Positions 48,984 to 58,731 of a stretch of DNA of 64,000 nucleotides are shown in pieces. Made by a program: the position numbers and the translations under genes. The DNA is taken from positions 2,852,001 to 2,916,000 of the forward strand of contig CP089276.1 in assembly GCA_023920165.1 (NCBI GenBank), written 5' to 3'. Source of the DNA: Curvularia clavata. Taxonomy: Eukaryota. Every line of letters begins with the position of its first letter. The stretch's first letter is position 1. The notes below the pieces were generated by a model. It made no database searches. It was given only the letters and a program-made list of their open reading frames with translations, and was not told where the DNA came from.

Positions 48984-49805
48984 GTCAGACCGCACCCGTA
49001 CCCTAGATTTCATCAATACTGTTCCAACGAATGCTCTAGATATGACTGCTGGGATGAGTTTCAACATGTGGAACGAGGAGTATGCTATTTGCGCACACGA
49101 ATGATCCCTGTTGGCCTAACATCTTATCAAAGCAAATCGGCAAGACCACATTATGCCTGTAAAACTACATGCTGTTTCCCACTCAGCTCATCCCGCACTT
49201 ACCCTGGTCTTCTCAAAGACTGCATCCAATCCCCACCTACTTACGGCGCTCATTGGGTCCTTTCTCTCAAATCAGTATGCTGTTTTTTTATAACATAATA
49301 GGTAACTAGCTGTTTTAGATAATCTGTAGTCAGCCGAAACAACAATCTATGCAAATAGCCGACTGACATAAACAATGCTATTGAAATAATGAAAGTTATC
49401 AATGATTGATGTCACGGGGGAGACGGAAATGAAATGGTGGGACAAGTATATATTGGTATGGTTATCTGGACCAAGGGAGCAGAGGGAGGCCCCCCTTCAC
49501 GTGACAATTGATCAATCGCTGTGATCCAACTAGGCACCCACCGACTGATGTCTACCTAATGCATCACCTCTCGCTACCAGGGTCCAACGCCAACCACATT
49601 GCAACATTGGGTTTCACTTCCGCTGTCTGTCTTCTGAACCACACCATCTCCACCGACCCTCAGACAGCCCCCTGGTCTTAGTTATCAACAATCAGGTACT
49701 GTAAAACGATCCGTATAACTATATTGCACTTTGATGGCTAACCTCTAGGTCACAGGCCACGCAAAGGGCACAAGAGAACAACCGCAACAGTAAAAAAGTC
49801 AAAGC

Positions 49806-50697
49806 ATGGCCAAGACTGCAGGTAAAAAACGAAAAGCAGAAGAATCAATCGAGAGCCGTCCAACAAAAGGCCAAAAGGCCACTGTCGCTCGAGCAAATCG
49901 TCCAGATGGGGGCGCACAAGCTGGTTCTCGTGAGGTTTTTAGGTTCTTGGATCTACCTGGAGGCAAGTGATGCGTAATTCATGGTTGCCTAAAGTCCTGA
50001 AAATTGCTAACAGTAGTGCCTAGAGATTCGGAATCAGATTTATGAAGTCATTATGGAAATCAGCGAAAGAACATTTCCACACACCTGGCCAAATCGACGC
50101 CTATTACCGGAGTATAAAAGACCCCCTCTCAAGCCTCTCCCATTTATTGGTTTGACGCAAACTTGCCTAAGTATTCGGAAAGAGTTCCGCCCAATGTGGC
50201 TGTCGACCCATCGCTTTCCCCTCTTCTCCGTAGCCGGATACTGCAAAGCTTTCTTCCCAATTCGGATGCCCCCAGTATGCTACCACAACCCTGCAGGAAC
50301 TCTTAGGATTTGGATCAGTGAGGGGTGGCCGTTTGTAACAGACATGCTACCTCTTCTCAAATTTCGCCTCCGATTTCCCAAGTACAACCTTCATCTGGTC
50401 TCGGGACCACTAAACGTCGACTCCGAACTAATGCGCATTGCAGAGATTCTGGTCAACAACGCGAACACGACGTGGATACGATTCATTAAACAGCACATTA
50501 TTACGCAGGTGCTAGTAAAGGGAAGTGGCCGCATGCAAGGTACGGATCCAGTAAGGATCGTTATCAAAGAAAGGCACGCACCCGATTGGATGAGGAAGTG
50601 TATGGGTCACGCTCGAGACGACGTGGATACGTATGCAGAACGCCTAGGATTGGGACCTATTAGTTCAGACATTGGCTTTGGAGTTGACTACTCTTGA
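49806..50697 (+). CDS. F-box-like (FLDLPGEIRNQIY) hypothetical protein, with a GC-AG intron
   Basis: ATG 49806 (MAKTAGKKRKA). The intron 49963-50023 (GCAAGT..GCTAAC..TAG) joins FRFLDLPG|EIRNQIYE. Later GLTQTCLSIRKEF. Probable 5'-UTR intron 49696-49748. Confidence 0.78.
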
Positions 50698-51419
50698 GGC
50701 TAGATCCGTGACCAGGGTGCCGTATGCTGACTGCCCAAAGAGGTTCGGATAAGCTGGTTCTGGTTGTAGCTGTGTTTGAATACCCTGTAGCCTGTATACT
50801 TGGCTGCTGCGGCATATTGCATAAGGAGCACTTGGCTGCTAGTCATGTTTTCTTGGGTGGCACAAAATGTCCATCAATCAGGAACTAGGTTTGTGTGTAA
50901 TTAGTGGTGAAGCTATTTTTTGCTTCCAGAAAAGATACGAGAACTTTTTAATCATTAGTTCTACTTTGAGTAACGTGCCCTAACAAATACGACACCTATT
51001 CCGGCTTCCGTTTACTCCATTTGCTGAAGCTCGTCTGAAACTAGAGTGCCATCAAAGGCTACCAATCGGCACAAAGAAAGCAATATGTTCAGTCCAGCCT
51101 AGTAGATATTTGTTGCGTCATTGAAGGAATAAGTCGTCACTTTGGCTGACTGTTTTCAAGATTATTTTTTTCTCAAATTGATTCATTAGAAGATGGCCGA
51201 TCTTGCGATCGATCAGTGTGTATATAGGAGAAGATTACGTGTAGTGAAACCGAAGGAAAAGAAAATATCGAAGAATGCATTTCTTTTCGAACGAGTGTTT
51301 CACAACACCGGCATCAAGGACACGTCAGCCATACTTGTACTGTGGTGCTGGAAAAAAATTGCCAAATATTTGGTTATGTGGTATGCTACGGCCGTAGCCC
51401 ACGTCGTCATGTGACGTAT

Positions 51420-52035
51420 TCAAGACTGCATCTTGATGACTACCTTTGAAGGATGGGCTTGGAGAAGCGTCAGCAGCAATAGCGTATGTACATGGGTGCA
51501 GGTGGACTCACTACCCATGATATCTGCAAAGACACCGTCGTCTTGGGTCATTAGACCGGCGCCTAGTTATTGTTTATTAGTGTATGAGTTGTTAATTAGG
51601 AAGGAGAGTCAAGTCGACAGTGCACCGCCACAAGTGAAGCTAAGGCATACCGGAAAACTCGAGTTTGTAGGACTCGCCATCCTTGGTAGCGACGACGTCG
51701 TGAATGGGCGTTGCAGTGTCAGCTTTGAACCAGAATACCATTTTCGGCATCAAGCTGCGGTTCTCGGCCAGAGCTCGGGCGAGAACATGGCCGTTGGATT
51801 GCAGACGCTTGTCCTTGAGCTCGAAGACGGCGGGCTCGGAGCCTGTCTTTGCATGGGTGCGGTCTTGGGTATCCGCTTGGGGCTTCGCGACGGGGTGGCC
51901 GTCGATTTCGACGGTGAAGGGGGCTGGGAGTGAGTCCATTGCTTTTGCTGAGTAAAAGTGCAGGGAGAGCAGGATCAGGCAGAATAAGCCAACAGCCCAG
52001 GTTAGATTGCGACGTAGTTTTGGTTCGGCGGGCAT
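51420..52035 (-). CDS. Putative beta-trefoil serine protease inhibitor (I66/mycospin-like); 157 aa from ATG 52035 or 125 aa from ATG 51939
   Basis: Exons 52035(51939)-51651, 51562-51512 and 51457-51420. Motifs ARALAENRSLMPK and KDGESYKLEFSGAGLMTQDDGVFA. The gene model is well supported; the function is inferred. Confidence 0.65.
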
Positions 52036-53790
52036 TCGTGTTCAGACGTGAGTGGGGTGTTGCAAAGGGCTGGGTAAATGGATGGTGTGCGGTCAGGGTT
52101 ACTAGTAAGTAGTGAGCAGCTGCCTAATGACAGGTGCACTGTACCGCAGCATCACTACGGCCACGACAGCACAGCTACCCATTGCTGTGGCTCGGACCAC
52201 GAACCGGCGAGTCCGGAGAAAGGTACGTGTGGCACAAAACGGTGGATGCGGCTGAAGGAGTCGCTGTGCGAGTCTGGCGGTACGGCTATGTGCCCCAGAC
52301 CGGGCTATGCAGGAGGCAGTAGAAAAGCAACGACAGCTGACGTGCAGTGACGTTATTGCGAGGCGTAAACGCCCGGTGGGTGTTGTGCAGAGTTCCGCAG
52401 TTCGGCGGCGGACGACATAGATTGACTGATTGCAGGGCAGAGGAGGCAGAATTGCTTGTCGCCGGCTTTGGGCCAAGAGAGGCAGGAGAAGTGGGAGGAC
52501 GTGGTGGGGCAGAGTATAGGGCGGAGCCGTAAGCCTTGGCAGTGCGCGCGTGAGCCGGTCGTATACCCCGAAGCGAGCACTGATCATCGCCCAAACGGTG
52601 ACTACTCGCACCCTGCCCATAACAGCACAAACGAAACAGCATCGCCCTGGCGTACGACCCCGATCGTGGCGGCAAGACAGGAACAGCGCCAAGACACGCC
52701 CGGCACCTGTGAGCGCGTCCGTTGCGGCAGGTCCTTTGTGCCTTGCTTTGCATCCCAGGGCATCCTAAGCCAGCTCTCGCACGTCATTCGCCCAGCAACC
52801 CACTCGTGTCCCCTGCCAATCATGCCGGCCAATATACACGCTGCATCGCGGTTCGTCGTGGTCGAATTACTTACAGATCCCCCATCCATGCTCTGGTCGG
52901 TATCCGCGCCTGATGTGGCAAATCCTTAGGCAGCACCATGCCAACTAGACCAACAACACGACTCAGTTTGTACAACCAGAAGATAACATTGCAGCAGCAA
53001 CAAAATGCACCCGCCGGCCGCTGGCAATCCAGGACGACTGCTCGGAGATCGACAAGGGACGCACAATGCGAGCGTGCTTGGCATCTACGCCCAAACCTCA
53101 TCTCCTGCTTTCTCGGGAACAGCGTACGGTTGAAACACCAAGCAATACTGCCGTTGGCGCCTGGAAACCACGCCAGTAGCTGAGCTGAAAAAGGGAGGTA
53201 CAGCAACTTGCCATGGCCCAATTTGGCCGTCGTTGGCCAGTGGCGCAGTGACGAGGGCCTCTCACATTCCATACCGTGCCTACGCAGGGCCGGAAAAGCA
53301 ACAAGACGCTGTAACCGTGAGGCAAAATACACACACCCAGCGACTCTGATCCTGGCATTCGGGAGCAACCGCAAGATCAGCTGCCTCTTTCGGATTCGCT
53401 GCAGGGTATGCATTGCGAAAGCTTAGCCCATGCGTAGATAAGGTGCCTGCTAGGCTCGGGGTAATTGACACCCCACTGTTCGATCCAAGGCACGCAGCGG
53501 ACTACAGGTTAAGACTTTGCCAAGCAATGGCAGGTCCCAAATGGGAAGGACAAATCACACTCCTGGTAGATCAGTCTTGGTATGCCCTACCCGACACGAA
53601 GGGCAGGTCATGCTTCTAGTCTGTACACCATGTCTATAGTGTGTATGTGAGAGTACCACATACAACTATAAGTATCCAGCTGTCTTCCCTTCTTCGAAAT
53701 TCATCAGCCAGCTCATCCAGTCGCTTGTCTCTTCACATCCAGTCGCTTCTATACCAAAGAAAGCCTACCAGCTTCTCAAGACCATTCACC
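52036..53790. promoter_or_regulatory. Shared divergent promoter with 7 PacC-type GCCARG sites and a trypsin TATA box
   Basis: GCCARG on either strand at 52472, 52535, 52646, 52688, 53077, 53351 and 53519. TATAAG at 53667. Confidence 0.5.
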
Positions 53791-54651
53791 ATGCGTTTCG
53801 AATCTATCCTCGCTGTTGCCCTCCCCGCCCTCGTTGTGGCTGCTCCTGCCCCTCAGTGGGAGGATGCTCCTGAGGAGTCCATTGTTGGTGGAACTTCTGC
53901 CGCTGCTGGCGAGTTCCCCTTCATTGCCTCTATGCAAGTTGGCGGCAGACACATCTGCGGTGGTACCATCATCAACCGCAACACCATCGTAACTGCTGCC
54001 CACTGCTCCGTCAGCAGTGTTATTGGCTCTGTCAGCAACCTCCGTGTCCGCTTGGGCTCTCTGGTAAGTCCCGCTTGATTAATCCAGTTGCACATGCAAA
54101 AAGCAAAAAACCTTCACAGAACAAAACACTAACTCTTCTTCTAGTCCACCACCTCTGGTGGCACCACCTCCGCCATCTCCGCGGTCTACGTCCACCCCAG
54201 CTACAACCCTGATAGCCAGGACTTCGACATTGCCATCTGGAAGCTGTCCACCCCCATCTCCGCCGGTGGCAACATTGCCTACGCTAGCCTCGCCGCCTCT
54301 GGCAGCGACCCCGCTTCAGGATCCACCGTTACCGTTGCTGGCTGGGGCGCTACCCGTGAGGGTGGCAGCGCCTCCAGCTCCCTCCTCAAGGTCAGCGTTC
54401 CCGTTGTCGCACGCAGCACCTGCCAGTCTCAGTACAGCTCCGAGACTATCTCCACCAACATGGTCTGCGCTGGCCAAACCTCTGGTGGAAAGGACTCTTG
54501 CCAGGGTGACTCTGGCGGCCCTCTCGTCGATGCCTCCAAGACGCTTGTTGGTGTCGTCTCTTGGGGCTACGGCTGCGCCAGGCCTAACCTCCCCGGTGTC
54601 TACTCCCGCGTCGGTTCCCTTCGCTCCTTCATCACCCAGTACTCTTCTTAA
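53791..54651 (+). CDS. Secreted trypsin (peptidase S1A), 2 exons
   Basis: Signal peptide, short acidic propeptide, IVGG, CGG, TAAHC (His), DFDIA (Asp) and [12 protein letters not shown] (S1 Asp189 plus Ser195). Intron 54064-54144. Confidence 0.97.
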
Positions 54652-54917
54652 GAAGCGGTATTTGCCACAGATACTCTTCTTGAGTAGCCTGTATTCGTCA
54701 CAGATGAACTGCAAGCCTTTCTTTGTATCTTCTATTTTGGTATTTGGCTGGGACACGAGAGCACGCCTATAAGCGAGCGAGGATGAGATGGAATGACAGC
54801 GACTGGATGGAAAGCGGATTCTACCCTTTTCCCCCTTGCTTAATTCTGGCACTTGTAAATAAGTTTGCCTCGATGAGATTTGAATATATGACTGGATTTT
54901 CTTACACTTTGAGCATA

Positions 54918-55045
54918 TCATGGCCCTTTGTGACAATTACAGTGAAGTCTAAATTTTGGTACTAATAGCCCCTCGTGACAACTGCAGCGAACTATGCAAG
55001 CTAAAAATCATGAGCTCTTGTGACAACTATAGTAAGCTACAAAGT
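54918..55045. repeat. Degenerate 45-bp-period tandem repeat (3 units)
   Basis: GTGACAA at 54930, 54975 and 55020. Confidence 0.55.
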
Positions 55046-55713
55046 ACATATGCATGCAGCCTGTCGTGTGATGGTTTTTAACATTTTATCTCCGAACCCT
55101 TCGCTTTTGGCCCGAGCGTCTTTCTTATCGTGTACATCATTTAAAGTTTGATTGATGCCGGGCGAGGGTGTGTCTTCCTTCCATGCACCATGCTCTTCGG
55201 CTATCTAGCCGTCTTTTGTCTAGCGCCAGCGGGCCGCGTCCATCATTCTGTCATTGGATCCTCGGCATGCTACAACAACTTCTGGGAGGCGCTCATTTTG
55301 TAGCATGTACAAATTATTGCTTCAACGCAGTTTTGTTTTGATCGACTCCGAAGATGCGACAAAAGGCTAGGTTGAAGAGCATGGGGCATACACGGGTGCT
55401 TTAAATGTCCGGAGTAAGGTTGCATGTAGTCTTTCAAAGAGTTTGCTAAATGTAGCACGAATGAAAAGAGCATGCTTAAACATATACCCTACATGCACGA
55501 GCCTTTTCTGAGTATACTCATTCACATACTCTTCTGGTCACTTACCTACCCCCAGAACTTTTGTCAAAAGAGCATCCCTACGAGACTTCGATTACTCCAT
55601 ATGCAAATATGAGGGTAATCATTGTTCTGCCAAGTCTTTGAACAAGATGGCATATATGATAGAGATCTCCCCGGCTAAGAATGAATGATTATAGGAATTA
55701 TTCGATGCTACTT

Positions 55714-56970
55714 CTAACAGCTTATAGAACTCTGCTCATCTATTTGCACCTCCATGACAGCCAAATAACTACCAGTAGGCTGTTTCCATGATTTCAGATG
55801 TAGTCGCGGATCGGTCGCCGCAAAAAGCTGCTTCCACTCGTTTAATTCACGCTCCTTGGTATTAAAGAGTTGAGCCATGGTTAGGTCGCGAAAGCGTATG
55901 GTGGCTTCTTGAACACGACTGAGCGTTCCGGGTGCGGGGACAATTGCATCCATGATGATGAGGCGGGCTCGCGGATTACCCCCGTCCTGTATGGCGACGG
56001 CAAGATGCTGCAGAATCTCGTGTGCTTGCTCATCTGACCAATCGTGGAGAACTCTACGTAATAAGTAGATATCGGGCGCTGAGCCGCTATCTCGAGGTGG
56101 CTGAGGCATAAAAAAGTCGTGGGCAGCAAAGCGTACGCGCGAGGTCACGGCATCGCTGGCCAGTTGAGGGAGTACAGCCTTGCCTTGTTGCACTACCTCA
56201 GGAAGATCCTGGACGATGAATTGTAGGCGTGGAAAAGCGGAAGCAAGTGCCAAAGATGCGTGCGCGGTCGATCCGCCCACGTCGACTATAGTCGCTTCAC
56301 CTAGACTAGCCCAGTCGAAACCGTTAATAAGGTGCTGGAGCCGCCCACCTTCGCTCTGACTTGTTCCGCGCATATAACCTGAGAATACCTTCTCCATTTC
56401 TGGTTTCGTCTTCATATATTCCCACAAAGCCAAGTCCGTATCGAAAGCCACGTTGAAAGCAGTCTCATTTTTGGCTCCAGAGCTAGGCCATTTGGCTGTA
56501 GCTTCTGCAAATCGACACGCTATGGACATGCCATATTGCGTTGTCCAAGAGATCCAATTCTGGAAGGAGGTATCCGCTGCCAATGATGCTGAAAGCTGAG
56601 TGTGTGCAATTTCTGTGGCCGAGGGTTCAAAGAAAAACCCTTCCGTCATAGCCATGCGTGCGACTGACCGCAGCCGCATGATAGGTACACCTGCTTTCTT
56701 TGCGAGGTCCGTGTAGGAAATGGAACCAGAATCGGTGGGAACATAGTTGAAGATCCTAAATCTTACCAGCCAGTCAAGACAAGAGAGATATTGGTAGTGT
56801 AGTAAGTGTTCTTCGAGTAGTCTCGGTACTGTCATCACTGAGGTTTGTAGCTCCCGTGTCGCTTCGAATAGTGCTCTTGTTGAGTCCTCATTGACATTGT
56901 TATCTTCCAGTTTCTCTGCCTCTTCCAGAATCCGTCGCGCAAGTTTGACTAGAGAGCTCGATCGGTTCAT
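55714..56970 (-). CDS. SAM-dependent O-methyltransferase (secondary-metabolite tailoring type), intronless
   Basis: N-terminal winged-helix dimerisation region, NETAFN, GFDWASLGEATIVDVGGSTAH, FIVQDLP, AHDFFMPQP, YLLRRVLHDWSD and KERELNEW. Confidence 0.93.
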   Translation of the reverse strand: MNRSSSLVKLARRILEEAEKLEDNNVNEDSTRALFEATRELQTSVMTVPRLLEEHLLHYQYLSCLDWLVRFRIFNYVPTDSGSISYTDLAKKAGVPIMRLRSVARMAMTEGFFFEPSATEIAHTQLSASLAADTSFQNWISWTTQYGMSIACRFAEATAKWPSSGAKNETAFNVAFDTDLALWEYMKTKPEMEKVFSGYMRGTSQSEGGRLQHLINGFDWASLGEATIVDVGGSTAHASLALASAFPRLQFIVQDLPEVVQQGKAVLPQLASDAVTSRVRFAAHDFFMPQPPRDSGSAPDIYLLRRVLHDWSDEQAHEILQHLAVAIQDGGNPRARLIIMDAIVPAPGTLSRVQEATIRFRDLTMAQLFNTKERELNEWKQLFAATDPRLHLKSWKQPTGSYLAVMEVQIDEQSSISC

Positions 56971-58731
56971 ATTAGTGTAGGGTGTTTGGGCCAAAGAAGG
57001 CAGAGCTAGCGAATACTGGCGTGTAGCCTGGTACTGAAGTATTTAGAACATTTGACATTTTTATTTTATCCTTCGGAAGAGCACGGTAATCTCCTTACCC
57101 CGCAGCGGAATGTGCTCGGTGCTAAGGTTACGAGACTGCCTGGACGCAAAGTTAATGATGCCGACGCACGGGCTAAAACCACCATTTTCAATGTGACGCA
57201 GAGTCAGTAATGAACAATTAGAGTGAGACGTACCTCTGGCTTGTTCCATAAGTAATACGTGGTTAGCAGTAATATTAGAAGGAGTAAACAGCAGTTTCAG
57301 TGTGGGCAAATTAGTACACTAGTAATGCAGGCTCGATCAATCAACTTGTAGTGCTCATTTCAGCTGCTACATAGAGCTAAAAGAAAAAATCGTAGACCTC
57401 AGAGCCTCTACACTGTGCAAAGCCTCGATTAGACTATTTGCACGCTCTAGCGTTCACTGATATAGCCTCTTATGCGCAACCTTATAAACCACAAGAGGCG
57501 AATTTGCCGAGTGGATAGATACTAGGAACTTGGAAATTATGAACTACATTTCTGGTATCTCGTAGAATCTGATAATATTCAGCAAATGGACAAAACGCGC
57601 TCAAGACGGAAGGGTGGATGCTCGACCAAGCTGATTCAAGTGGAGCCATGACAACAAGGGCCCCACATTTGGCGACCAACTTACTTGCTTCGCAACTCCC
57701 CACTTCTGCGCTTATGTACGACTTGTCGGAAAGATATAAGTTAACACTATTAATTGCTAGGTTCATTGAGTATATACGAACGAACAACGACGTCAGCTTC
57801 ATAACGCGGAAGTACTTCTATCCAACTAAGTTTCCGTACATGGCGGAATGACGTTGTTGACACAGTGAGAATATCGATTGCTGCAGTATCTACAACTAGT
57901 AGCCGGGGGACTATCGTTCGATGTCTGCACCCTTGGACCAATGTCATTTGCCCCACCTGCTTCGTATCATCTCCGAACTTTATTTTTATACGCCCAAATC
58001 ATATCATGGCCGTGACATTTGTCAAAGCCCTGAATGACTCGATCGTTCAATCAGAACCGCTCGAGCAATTCACCTTGCAGAGCACATTTGCCGAGTTTTA
58101 ATATTACACATTCCCTGTATTCGCGCTCGGCCAGGACTTTCCATATCCGATCTTCAGGAAGCAATTAAAGTGGTCAATGAACAGGCTTGAGCACAGCTCG
58201 GCTTCGAGGACTTGGAGTTGGCAAATATGGGCTATGCCGCAGCTATTGCCGACCCTTGGCAGCTTCATGAGAGAAGTGCACCAGATATAGTGCATTGATA
58301 CTATAAGGAATTCAACAAAATCGGCTCGCGCACCGTCAATAACCCACAGCGGTATTCGCTTGGGTTTCTTGGGATTTTCTTTTTATGATTGAATGAAGGT
58401 GGATGCTGTGTTGGTGTTTTATGATGCTCGTCATAAACACCCTAAAGATGTGCTGGTTGCCGTAAAGGTGTACGCGGTAAACCCCGAAAAGATCGGGCTA
58501 GCTATCGTTAGACTAAGTCAAGGTGATGATACTTACGAAATGAGAAACGAGACAGCGCACTAGAGTGAAGCAAGAAAGAAGGTGAGTTGGTGAGTTCACA
58601 ACATTATCTGCTAGGACTGGCTTACAGCACAGTGCCAATTGGAAAGGCTAGGATGCTCGAATACAAAGTAATGAAGCCTAATTCCTGTATATCTAGAAAG
58701 CCTAGGTTTTGGGATTAACATGGCCCACTTT

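Noticed and set aside
54158..54772. 204-aa Pro-rich ORF overlapping trypsin exon 2
   Set aside because: An alternative frame of a strongly C-biased CDS; the trypsin frame explains it.
57921..58298. Plus-strand frame of ~125 codons with only two internal TGA stops (possible pseudogene)
   Set aside because: No recognisable homology, and the stop depletion is only marginal. It needs tBLASTx support.
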